DNA from: Eledone cirrhosa
Taxonomy: Eukaryota
DNA: 64,000 nucleotides
Direction: 5' to 3'
Assembly (NCBI GenBank): GCA_964016885.1
Contig: OZ024744.1
Span: forward strand, 27,900,001-27,964,000
In this document: positions 39,905-52,700 of the stretch, piece by piece
Numbering within the stretch: the stretch's first letter is position 1
How the letters are laid out: the number at the start of each line of letters is the position of its first letter
Translations under genes and position numbers: made by a program
Notes under the pieces: model-generated
Seen by the model: only the letters and a program-made list of their open reading frames with translations
What the model was told of the DNA's origin: nothing
Database searches by the model: none

Positions 39905-42900
39905 GTTGTTGTCGCTGTTATCACTGTTATTGTCACTGTTGTTGTTGTTGTTGTCGCTGTTATCACTGTTATTGTCACTGTTGCTGTTGTTGTCGCTGTT
40001 ATCACTGCTATTGTCATTGTTGTTGTTGTTGTCGCTGTTATCACTGTGATTGTCATTGTTGTTGTTGTTGTTGTTCTCGCTGTTATCACCGTTATTGTCA
40101 CTGTTGTTGTCGCTGTTATCACTGTTATTGTCACTGTTGTTATTGTTGTTGTTGCTGTTATCACTGTTATTGTCACTGTTGTAGTTGTTGTCGCTGTTAT
40201 AACTGTTATTGTCACTGTTGTTGTTGTTGCTGTCGCTGTTATCACTGTTATTGTCATTGTTGTGTTGTACTCGCTGTTATCACTGTTATTGTTGTTGTTG
40301 TAGTGGCTGTTATCACTGTTATTGTCACTGTTGTTGTCGCTGTTATCACTGTTATTTTCATTGTTATTGTCACTGATGTTGTTGTTCTCGCTGTTATAAC
40401 TGTTATTGTGACTGTTGTTGTTGTCTCTGTTATAACTGTTATTGTCATTGTTGTTGTTGTTGTCACTGTTATCACTGTTATTAACACTGTTGTTGTTGTT
40501 GTTCTCGCTGTTATCACTGTTATTGTCACTGTTGTTGTTGTCGCTGTTATAACTGTTATTGTCACTGTTGTTGTTGCTGTTGTCGCTGTCATAACTCTTA
40601 TTGTCACTGTTGTTGTTGTTGTCGTTGTTATCACTGTTATTGTCATTATTGTTGTTCTCGCTGTTATCACTGGTATTGACACTGTTGTTGTTGTTGTTCT
40701 CGCTGTTATAACTGTTATTGTCACTGTTGTTGTTGTCGCTGTTATAACTCTTATTGTCACTGTTGTTGTTGTTGTCGTCGTCGTTATCACTGTTATTGTC
40801 ATTATTGTTGTTGTCGCTGTTATCACTGTTATTGTCATTGTTGTTGTTGTCGCTGTTATCACTGTTATTGTCCCTGTTGTTGTTGTCGCTGTTATAACTG
40901 TTATTGTCACTGTTGTTTTTGTTGTTGTCGCTGTTATCACTGTTATTTTCATTGTTTTTGTTGTTGTTCTCGCATTTATCACTGTTATTGTCAGTGTTGT
41001 TGTTCTTGTTCTCGCTGTTATCACTGTCGTCGTCACTGTTGTTGTTGTGGTCGCTGTTATAACTGTTATTGTGACTGTTGTTGTTGTTGTTGTCGCTGTT
41101 ATAACTGTTATTGTCATTGTTGTTGTTGTCGATGTTATCACTGTTATTGACACTGTTGTTGCTGTTGTTCTCGCTGTTATCACTGTTACTGTCACTGTTG
41201 TTGTTGTTCTCGCTGTTACCACTGTTATTGTCAATGTTGTTGTTGTTGTCGCGTTATAACTGTTATTGTCACTGTTGTTGTTGTCGCTGTTATAACTCTT
41301 ATTGTCACTGTTGTTGTTGTTGTCGTTTTTTTCACTGTTATTGTCATTATTGTCATTGTCGCTGTTATCACTGTTATTGTCATTGTTGTTGTTGTTGTTG
41401 TTGTCGCTGTTATCACTGTTATTGTCACTGTTGTTGTTGTTGTCGCTTCTATAACTGTTGTTGTCACTATTGCTGTTGTTGTCGCTGTTATCACTCTTAT
41501 TGTCATTGTTGTTGTTGTTGTTCTCGCTGTTATCACTGTTATTGTCATTGTTGTTGTTGTCGCTGTTATCACTGTTATTGTCATTGTTGTTGTTGTCGCT
41601 GTTATCACTGTTATTGTCACTGTTGTTGTTGTTCTCGCTGTTATCACTGTTGTTGTCACTGTTGTTGTTCTTCTCGCTGTTATTACTGTTATTGTCATTG
41701 TTGTTGTTGTTGTGTTCGCTGTTATAACTGTTATTGTCATTGTTGTTGTTGTTGTTGTCGCTGTTATCACTGTTATTGTCACTGTTGTTGTTGTCGCTGG
41801 TATAACTGTTATTGTCACTGTTGTTTTTGTTGTTGTTGCTGTTATCACTGTTATTGTCACTGTTGTTGTTGTCGCTGTTATAACTGCTATTGTCACTGTT
41901 GTTGTTGTCACTGTTATCACTCTTACTGTCACTGTTGTTTTTGTTCTCGCTGTTATCACTGTTATTGTCATTGTTGTTGTTGTCGCTGTTATCACTGTTA
42001 TTGTCACTGTTGCTGTTGTTGTCGCTGTTATCTCTGTTATTGTCATTGTTGTTGTCGCTGTTATAACTGTTATTGTCATTGTTTTTGTTGTTGTTGTTGT
42101 TATAACTGTTACTGTCATTGTTGTTGTTGTCGCTGTTATCACTGTTATTTTCATTGTTGTTGTTGTCGCTGTTATCACTGTTATTGTCACTGTTGTTGTT
42201 GTTGTCGCTGTTATCACTGTTATTGTCACTGTTGTTGTTGTTGTCACTGTTATAAATGTTATTGTCACTGTTGTCGTTGTTGTCGCTGTTATCACTGTTA
42301 TTGTCACTGTTGTTGTCGCTGTTATCACTGTTATTGTCACTGTTGTTATTGTTGTTGTTTCTGTTATCACTGTTATTGTCACTGTTGTAGTTGTTGTCGC
42401 TGTTATAACTGTTATTGTCACTGTTGTTGTTGTTGCTGTCGCTGTTATTACTGTTATTGTCATTGTTGTTGTTGTTGTGGCTGTTATCACTGTTATTGTC
42501 ACTGTTGTTGTCGCTGTTATCACTGTTATTTTCATTGTTGTTGTTCTCTCTGTTATCACTGTTATTGTCACTGTTATTGTCACTGTAGTTGTTGTTCTCG
42601 CTGTTATAACTGTTATTGTGTCTGTTGTTGTTGTCGCTGTTATAACTGTTATTGTCATTGTTGTTGTTGTTGTCGCTGTTATAACTGTTATTAACATTGT
42701 TGTTGTTGTTGTTGCCGCTGCTATCCCTGTTATTGTCATTGTTGTTGTTGTTGTACTCGCTGTTATCACTGTTATTGTCATTGTTGTTGTTGTTGTCGCT
42801 GTTATCACTGTTATTGTCACTGTTTTTGTTGTTGTCACTATTATCACTGTTATTGTCACTGTTGTTTTTGTTGTTGTCGCTGTTATCACTGTTATTGTGA

Positions 42901-45900
42901 CTGTTGTTGTTGTTGTTGTCGCTGTTATCACTGTTATTGACACTGTTGTTGCTGTTGTTCTCGCTGTTATCACTGTTATTGTCATTGTTGTTGTTGTCGC
43001 TGTTATCACTGTTATTGTCATTGTTGTTGTTGTCGCTGTTATCACTGTTATTGTCACTGTTGTTGTTGTTCTCGCTGTTATCACTGTTGTTGTCACTGTT
43101 GTTGTTCTTCTCGCTGTTATTACTGTTATTGTCATTGTTGTTGTTGTTGTGTTCGCTGTTATAACTGTTATTGTCATTGTTGTTGTTGTTGTTGTCGCTG
43201 TTATCACTGTTATTGTCACTGTTGTTGTTGTCGCTGGTATAACTGTTATTGTCACTGTTGTTTTTGTTGTTGTTGCTGTTATCACTGTTATTGTCACTGT
43301 TGTTGTTGTCGCTGTTATAACTGCTATTGTCACTGTTGTTGTTGTCACTGTTATCACTCTTACTGTCACTGTTGTTTTTGTTCTCGCTGTTATCACTGTT
43401 ATTGTCATTGTTGTTGTTGTCGCTGTTATCACTGTTATTGTCACTGTTGCTGTTGTTGTCGCTGTTATCTCTGTTATTGTCATTGTTGTTGTCGCTGTCA
43501 TAACTGTTATTGTCATTGTTTTTGTTGTTGTTGTTGTTATAACTGTTACTGTCATTGTTGTTGTTGTCGCTGTTATCACTGTTATTTTCATTGTTGTTGT
43601 TGTCGCTCTTATCACTGTTATTGTCACTGTTGTTGTTGTTGTCGCTGTTATCACTGTTATTGTCACTGTTGTTGTTGTTGTCACTGTTATAAATGTTATT
43701 GTCACTGTTGTCGTTGTTGTCGCTGTTATCACTGTTATTGTCACTGTTGTTGTTGTTGTTGTCGCTGTTATCACTGTTATTGTCACTGTTGCTGTTGTTG
43801 TCGCTGTTATCACTGCTATTGTCATTGTTGTTGTTGTTGTCGCTGTTATCACTGTGATTGTCATTGTTGTTGTTGTTGTTGTTCTCGCTGTTATCACCGT
43901 TATTGTCACTGTTGTTGTCGCTGTTATCACTGTTATTGTCACTGTTGTTATTGTTGTTGTTGCTGTTATCACTGTTATTGTCACTGTTGTAGTTGTTGTC
44001 GCTGTTATAACTGTTATTGTCACTGTTGTTGTTGTTGCTGTCGCTGTTATCACTGTTATTGTCATTGTTGTGTTGTACTCGCTGTTATCACTGTTATTGT
44101 TGTTGTTGTAGTGGCTGTTATCACTGTTATTGTCACTGTTGTTGTCGCTGTTATCACTGTTATTTTCATTGTTATTGTCACTGATGTTGTTGTTCTCGCT
44201 GTTATAACTGTTATTGTGACTGTTGTTGTTGTCTCTGTTATAACTGTTATTGTCATTGTTGTTGTTGTTGTCACTGTTATCACTGTTATTAACACTGTTG
44301 TTGTTGTTGTTCTCGCTGTTATCACTGTTATTGTCACTGTTGTTGTTGTCGCTGTTATAACTGTTATTGTCACTGTTGTTGTTGCTGTTGTCGCTGTCAT
44401 AACTCTTATTGTCACTGTTGTTGTTGTTGTCGTTGTTATCACTGTTATTGTCATTATTGTTGTTCTCGCTGTTATCACTGGTATTGACACTGTTGTTGTT
44501 GTTGTTCTCGCTGTTATAACTGTTATTGTCACTGTTGTTGTTGTCGCTGTTATAACTCTTATTGTCACTGTTGTTGTTGTTGTCGTCGTCGTTATCACTG
44601 TTATTGTCATTATTGTTGTTGTCGCTGTTATCACTGTTATTGTCATTGTTGTTGTTGTCGCTGTTATCACTGTTATTGTCCCTGTTGTTGTTGTCGCTGT
44701 TATAACTGTTATTGTCACTGTTGTTTTTGTTGTTGTCGCTGTTATCACTGTTATTTTCATTGTTTTTGTTGTTGTTCTCGCATTTATCACTGTTATTGTC
44801 AGTGTTGTTGTTCTTGTTCTCGCTGTTATCACTGTCGTCGTCACTGTTGTTGTTGTGGTCGCTGTTATAACTGTTATTGTGACTGTTGTTGTTGTTGTTG
44901 TCGCTGTTATAACTGTTATTGTCATTGTTGTTGTTGTCGATGTTATCACTGTTATTGACACTGTTGTTGCTGTTGTTCTCGCTGTTATCACTGTTACTGT
45001 CACTGTTGTTGTTGTTCTCGCTGTTACCACTGTTATTGTCAATGTTGTTGTTGTTGTCGCGTTATAACTGTTATTGTCACTGTTGTTGTTGTCGCTGTTA
45101 TAACTCTTATTGTCACTGTTGTTGTTGTTGTCGTTTTTTTCACTGTTATTGTCATTATTGTCATTGTCGCTGTTATCACTGTTATTGTCATTGTTGTTGT
45201 TGTTGTTGTTGTCGCTGTTATCACTGTTATTGTCACTGTTGTTGTTGTTGTCGCTTCTATAACTGTTGTTGTCACTATTGCTGTTGTTGTCGCTGTTATC
45301 ACTCTTATTGTCATTGTTGTTGTTGTTGTTCTCGCTGTTATCACTGTTATTGTCATTGTTGTTGTTGTCGCTGTTATCACTGTTATTGTCATTGTTGTTG
45401 TTGTCGCTGTTATCACTGTTATTGTCACTGTTGTTGTTGTTCTCGCTGTTATCACTGTTGTTGTCACTGTTGTTGTTCTTCTCGCTGTTATTACTGTTAT
45501 TGTCATTGTTGTTGTTGTTGTGTTCGCTGTTATAACTGTTATTGTCATTGTTGTTGTTGTTGTTGTCGCTGTTATCACTGTTATTGTCACTGTTGTTGTT
45601 GTCGCTGGTATAACTGTTATTGTCACTGTTGTTTTTGTTGTTGTTGCTGTTATCACTGTTATTGTCACTGTTGTTGTTGTCGCTGTTATAACTGCTATTG
45701 TCACTGTTGTTGTTGTCACTGTTATCACTCTTACTGTCACTGTTGTTTTTGTTCTCGCTGTTATCACTGTTATTGTCATTGTTGTTGTTGTCGCTGTTAT
45801 CACTGTTATTGTCACTGTTGCTGTTGTTGTCGCTGTTATCTCTGTTATTGTCATTGTTGTTGTCGCTGTTATAACTGTTATTGTCATTGTTTTTGTTGTT

Positions 45901-47560
45901 GTTGTTGTTATAACTGTTACTGTCATTGTTGTTGTTGTCGCTGTTATCACTGTTATTTTCATTGTTGTTGTTGTCGCTGTTATCACTGTTATTGTCACTG
46001 TTGTTGTTGTTGTCGCTGTTATCACTGTTATTGTCACTGTTGTTGTTGTTGTCACTGTTATAAATGTTATTGTCACTGTTGTCGTTGTTGTCGCTGTTAT
46101 CACTGTTATTGTCACTGTTGTTGTCGCTGTTATCACTGTTATTGTCACTGTTGTTATTGTTGTTGTTTCTGTTATCACTGTTATTGTCACTGTTGTAGTT
46201 GTTGTCGCTGTTATAACTGTTATTGTCACTGTTGTTGTTGTTGCTGTCGCTGTTATTACTGTTATTGTCATTGTTGTTGTTGTTGTGGCTGTTATCACTG
46301 TTATTGTCACTGTTGTTGTCGCTGTTATCACTGTTATTTTCATTGTTGTTGTTCTCTCTGTTATCACTGTTATTGTCACTGTTATTGTCACTGTAGTTGT
46401 TGTTCTCGCTGTTATAACTGTTATTGTGTCTGTTGTTGTTGTCGCTGTTATAACTGTTATTGTCATTGTTGTTGTTGTTGTCGCTGTTATAACTGTTATT
46501 AACATTGTTGTTGTTGTTGTTGCCGCTGCTATCCCTGTTATTGTCATTGTTGTTGTTGTTGTACTCGCTGTTATCACTGTTATTGTCATTGTTGTTGTTG
46601 TTGTCGCTGTTATCACTGTTATTGTCACTGTTTTTGTTGTTGTCACTATTATCACTGTTATTGTCACTGTTGTTTTTGTTGTTGTCGCTGTTATCACTGT
46701 TATTGTGACTGTTGTTGTTGTTGTTGTCGCTGTTATCACTGTTATTGACACTGTTGTTGCTGTTGTTCTCGCTGTTATCACTGTTATTGTCATTGTTGTT
46801 GTTGTCGCTGTTATCACTGTTATTGTCATTGTTGTTGTTGTCGCTGTTATCACTGTTATTGTCACTGTTGTTGTTGTTCTCGCTGTTATCACTGTTGTTG
46901 TCACTGTTGTTGTTCTTCTCGCTGTTATTACTGTTATTGTCATTGTTGTTGTTGTTGTGTTCGCTGTTATAACTGTTATTGTCATTGTTGTTGTTGTTGT
47001 TGTCGCTGTTATCACTGTTATTGTCACTGTTGTTGTTGTCGCTGGTATAACTGTTATTGTCACTGTTGTTTTTGTTGTTGTTGCTGTTATCACTGTTATT
47101 GTCACTGTTGTTGTTGTCGCTGTTATAACTGCTATTGTCACTGTTGTTGTTGTCACTGTTATCACTCTTACTGTCACTGTTGTTTTTGTTCTCGCTGTTA
47201 TCACTGTTATTGTCATTGTTGTTGTTGTCGCTGTTATCACTGTTATTGTCACTGTTGCTGTTGTTGTCGCTGTTATCTCTGTTATTGTCATTGTTGTTGT
47301 CGCTGTCATAACTGTTATTGTCATTGTTTTTGTTGTTGTTGTTGTTATAACTGTTACTGTCATTGTTGTTGTTGTCGCTGTTATCACTGTTATTTTCATT
47401 GTTGTTGTTGTCGCTCTTATCACTGTTATTGTCACTGTTGTTGTTGTTGTCGCTGTTATCACTGTTATTGTCACTGTTGTTGTTGTTGTCACTGTTATAA
47501 ATGTTATTGTCACTGTTGTCGTTGTTGTCGCTGTTATCACTGTTATTGTCACTGTTGTTG
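39905..47560. repeat. Apparently exact tandem duplication, period 3808 bp (copies ~39905-43712 and ~43713-47520)
   Basis: Track ORFs with matching translations are offset by exactly 3808 (40254/44062, 40303/44111, 41111/44919, 41458/45266, 42697/46505, 42904/46712). Both 1-nt deletions are duplicated (40262/44070, 41252/45060). Confidence 0.93.
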
Positions 47561-48230
47561 TCGCTGTTATCACTGTTATTGTCACTGTTGTTATTGTTGT
47601 TGTTGCTGTTATCACTGTTATTGTCACTGTTGTAGTTGTTGTCGCTGTTATAACTGTTATTGTCACTGTTGTTGTTGTTGCTGTCGCTGTTATTACTGTT
47701 ATTGTCATTGTTGTTGTTGTTGTGGCTGTTATCACTGTTATTGTCACTGTTGTTGTCGCTGTTATCACTGTTATTTTCATTGTTGTTGTTCTCTCTGTTA
47801 TCACTGTTATTGTCACTGTTATTGTCACTGTAGTTGTTGTTCTCGCTGTTATAACTGTTATTGTGTCTGTTGTTGTTGTCGCTGTTATAACTGTTATTGT
47901 CATTGTTGTTGTTGATGTCGCTGTTATAACTGTTATTAACATTGTTGTTGTTGTTGTTCCCGCTGCTATCCCTGTTATTGTCATTGTTGTTGTTGTTGTA
48001 CTCGCTGTTATCACTGTTATTGTCATTGTTGTTGTTGTTGTCGCTGTTATCACTGTTATTGTCACTGTTTTTGTTGTTGTCACTATTATCACTGTTATTG
48101 TCACTGTTGTTTTTGTTGTTGTCGCTGTTATCACTGTTATTGTGACTGTTGTTGTTGTTGTTGTCGCTGTTATCACTGTTATTGACACTGTTGTTGCTGT
48201 TGTTCTCGCTGTTATCACTGTTATTGTCAC
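45325..48230. repeat. Tandem duplication, period 1437 bp, partly nested inside the 3808-bp duplication (partial copy at ~41520-43750)
   Basis: GTG-TTC 45520/46957 and 41712/43149. ATCCCT 46531/47968. Track ORFs 46505/47942. Confidence 0.88.
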
Positions 48231-49706
48231 TGTTGTTGTTGTTCTCGCTGTTACCACTGTTATTGTCGATGTTGTTGTTGTTGTCGCTGTTATAACTGTT
48301 ATTGTCACTGTTGTTGTTGTTGTCGATGTTATAACTCTTATTGTCACTGTTGTTGTTGTTGTCGTTGTTATCACTGTTATTGTCATTGTTGTTATTGTCG
48401 CTGTTATCACTGTTATTGACATTGTTGTTGTTGTTGTTGTTGTCGCTGTTATCACTGTTATTGTCACTGTTGTTGTTGTTGTTGTCGCTTCTATAACTGT
48501 TATTGTCACTATTGCTGTTGTTGTTGTCGCTGTTATCACTCTTATTGTCATTGTTGTTGTTGTCGCTGTTATCACTGTTATTGTCACTGTTGTTGTTCTC
48601 GCTGTTATAACTGTTATTCTCACTGTTGTTGTTCTCGCTGTTATCAATGGTAGTGACACTGTTGTTGTTTTTATTGTCGCTGTTAGAACTGTTATTGTCA
48701 CTGTTGTTATTGTTGTTGTCGCTGTTATAACTGTTATTGTCACTGTTGTTGTTGTTGTTCTCGCTGTTATCACTGTTATTGTCATTGTTGTTGTTGTCGC
48801 TGTTATCACTGTTATTGTCATTGTTGTTGTTGTCGCTGTTATCACTGTTATTGTCACTGTTGTTGTTGTTCTCGCTGTTATCACTGTTATTGTCACTGTT
48901 GTTGTTCTTCTCGCTGTTATCACTGTTATTGTCATTGTTGTTGTTGTTGTGTTCGCTGTTATAACTGTTATTGTCATTGTTGTTGTAGTTGTTTTCGCTG
49001 TTATCACTGTTATTGTCACTGTTGTTGTTGTCGCTGGTATAACTGTTATTGTCACTGTTGTTTTTGTTGTTGTCGCTGTTATCACTGTTATTGTCACTGT
49101 TGTTGTTGTCGCTGTTATAACTGTTATTGTCACTGTTGTTGTTGTTGTCGCTATTATCACTGTTATTGTCACTGTTGTTTTTGTTGTTGTCGCTGTTATC
49201 ACTGTTATTTTCATTGTTTTTGTTGTTGTTCTCGCATTTATCACTGTTATTGTCAGTGTTGTTGTTGTTGTACTCGCTGTTATCACTGTTGTCGTCACTG
49301 TTGTTGTTGTTGTCGCTATTCTAACTGTTATTGTCGCTGTTATAACTGTTATTGTCATTGTTGTTGTTGTCGCTGTTATCACTGTCGTCGTCACTGTTGT
49401 TGTTGTTGTCGCTGTTATAACTGTTATTGTGACTGTTGTTGTTGTTGTTGTCGCTGTTATAACTTTTATTGTCATTGTTGTTGTTGTCGCTGTTATCACT
49501 GTTATTGACACTGTTGTTGCTGTTGTTCTCGCTGTTATCACTGTTATTGTCACTGTTGTTGTTGTTCTCGCTGTTACCACTGTTATTGTCTATGTTGTTG
49601 TTGTTGTCGCTGTTATAACTGTTATTGTCACTGTTGTTGTTGTTGTTGTCGTTGTTATCACTGTTATTGTCATTATTGTTATTGTCGCTGTTATCACTGT
49701 TATTGT

Positions 49707-49739
<33 letters not shown>

Positions 49740-52700
49740 CGCGGTTATCACTGTTATTGTCACTGTTGTTGTTGTCGCTTCTATAACTGTTATTGTCACT
49801 ATTGCTGTTGTTGTCGCTGTTATCACTCTTATTGTCATTGTTGTTGTTGTCGCTGTTATCACTGTTATTGTCACTGTTGTTGTTCTCGCTGTTATAACTG
49901 TTATTCTCACTGTTGTTGTTCTCGCTGTTATCAATGGTATTGACATTGTTGTTGTTTTTATTGTCGCTGTTATAACTGTTATTGTCACTGTTGTTGTTGT
50001 TGTTCTCGCTCTTATCACTGTTATTGTCATTGTTGTTGTTGTCGCTGTTATCACTGTTATTGTCATTGTTGTTGTTGTCGCTGTTATCACTGTTATTGTC
50101 ACTGTTGTTGTTGTTCTCGCTGTTATCACTGTTATTGTCACTGTTGTTCTTCTCGCTGTTATCACTGTTATTGTCATTGTTGTTGTTGTTGTGTTCGCTG
50201 TTATAACTGTTATTGTCATTGTTGTTGTTGTTGTTGTCGCTGTTATCACTGTTATTGTCACTGTTGTTGTTGTCGCTGGTATAACTGTTATTGTCACTGT
50301 TGTTTTTGTTGTTGTCGCTCTTATCACTGTTATTGTCACTGTTGTTGTTGTCGCTGTTATAACTGTTATTGTCACTGTTGTTGTTGTCACTGTTATCACT
50401 CTTATTGTCATTGTTGTTGTTGTTGTTCTCGCTGTTATCACTGTTATTGTCACTGTTGCTGTTGTTGTCGCTGTTATCTCTGTTATTGTCATTGTTGTTG
50501 TCGCTGTTATAACTGTTATTGTCATTGTTGTTGTTGTTGTTGCTGTTATAACTGTTACTGTCATTGTTGTTGTTGTCGCTGTTATCACTGTTATTTTCAT
50601 TGTTGTTGTTGTCGCTGTTATCACTGTTATTGTCACTGTTGTTGTTGTTGTTGTCGCTGTTATCACTGTTATTGTCACTGTTGCTGTTGTTGTCGCTGTT
50701 ATCACTGCTATTGTCATTGTTGTTGTTGTTGTCGCTGTTATCACTGTGATTGTCATTGTTGTTGTTGTTGTTGTTCTCGCTGTTATCACCGTTATTGTCA
50801 CTGTTGTTGTCGCTGTTATCACTGTTATTGTCACTGTTGTTATTGTTGTTGTTGCTGTTATCACTGTTATTGTCACTGTTGTAGTTGTTGTCGCTGTTAT
50901 AACTGTTATTGTCACTGTTGTTGTTGTTGCTGTCGCTGTTATCACTGTTATTGTCATTGTTGCTGTTGTACTCGCTGTTATCACTGTTATTGTTGTTGTT
51001 GTAGTGGCTGTTATCACTGTTATTGTCACTGTTGTTGTCGCTGTTATCACTGTTATTTTCATTGTTATTGTCACTGATGTTGTTGTTCTCGCTGTTATAA
51101 CTGTTATTGTGACTGTTGTTGTTGTCTCTGTTATAACTGTTATTGTCATTGTTGTTGTTGTTGTCGCTGTTATCACTGTTATTAACACTGTTGTTGTTGT
51201 TGTTCTCGCTGTTATCACTGTTATTGTCACTGTTGTTGTTGTCGCTGTTATAACTGTTATTGTCACTGTTGTTGTTGCTGTTGTCGCTGTCATAACTCTT
51301 ATTGTCACTGTTGTTGTTGTTGTCGTTGTTATCACTGTTATTGTCATTATTGTTGTTCTCGCTGTTATCACTGGTATTGACACTGTTGTTGTTGTTGTTC
51401 TCGCTGTTATAACTGTTATTGTCACTGTTGTTGTTGTCGCTGTTATAACTCTTATTGTCACTGTTGTTGTTGTTGTCGTCGTCGTTATCACTGTTATTGT
51501 CATTATTGTTGTTGTCGCTGTTATCACTGTTATTGTCATTGTTGTTGTTGTCGCTGTTATCACTGTTATTGTCCCTGTTGTTGTTGTCGCTGTTATAACT
51601 GTTATTGTCACTGTTGTTTTTGTTGTTGTCGCTGTTATCACTGTTATTTTCATTGTTTTTGTTGTTGTTCTCGCATTTATCACTGTTATTGTCAGTGTTG
51701 TTGTTCTTGTTCTCGCTGTTATCACTGTCGTCGTCACTGTTGTTGTTGTGGTCGCTGTTATAACTGTTATTGTGACTGTTGTTGTTGTTGTTGTCGCTGT
51801 TATAACTGTTATTGTCATTGTTGTTGTTGTCGATGTTATCACTGTTATTGACACTGTTGTTGCTGTTGTTCTCGCTGTTATCACCGTTACTGTCACTGTT
51901 GTTGTTGTTCTCGCTGTTACCACTGTTATTGTCAATGTTGTTGTTGTTGTCGCGTTATAACTGTTATTGTCACTGTTGTTGTTGTCGCTGTTATAACTCT
52001 TATTGTCACTGTTGTTGTTGTTGTCGTTTTTTTCACTGTTATTGTCATTATTGTCATTGTCGCTGTTATCACTGTTATTGTCATTGTTGTTGTTGTTGTT
52101 GTTGTCGCTGTTATCACTGTTATTGTCACTGTTGTTGTTGTTGTCGCTTCTATAACTGTTATTGTCACTATTGCTGTTGTTGTCGCTGTTATCACTCTTA
52201 TTGTCATTGTTGTTGTTGTTGTTCTCGCTGTTATCACTGTTATTGTCATTGTTGTTGTTGTCGCTGTTATCACTGTTATTGTCATTGTTGTTGTTGTCGC
52301 TGTTATCACTGTTATTGTCACTGTTGTTGTTGTTCTCGCTGTTATCACTGTTGTTGTCACTGTTGTTGTTCTTCTCGCTGTTATTACTGTTATTGTCATT
52401 GTTGTTGTTGTTGTGTTCGCTGTTATAACTGTTATTGTCATTGTTGTTGTTGTTGTTGTCGCTGTTATCACTGTTATTGTCACTGTTGTTGTTGTCGCTG
52501 GTATAACTGTTATTGTCACTGTTGTTTTTGTTGTTGTTGCTGTTATCACTGTTATTGTCACTGTTGTTGTTGTCGCTGTTATAACTGCTATTGTCACTGT
52601 TGTTGTTGTCACTGTTATCACTCTTACTGTCACTGTTGTTTTTGTTCTCGCTGTTATCACTGTTATTGTCATTGTTGTTGTTGTCGCTGTTATCACTGTT

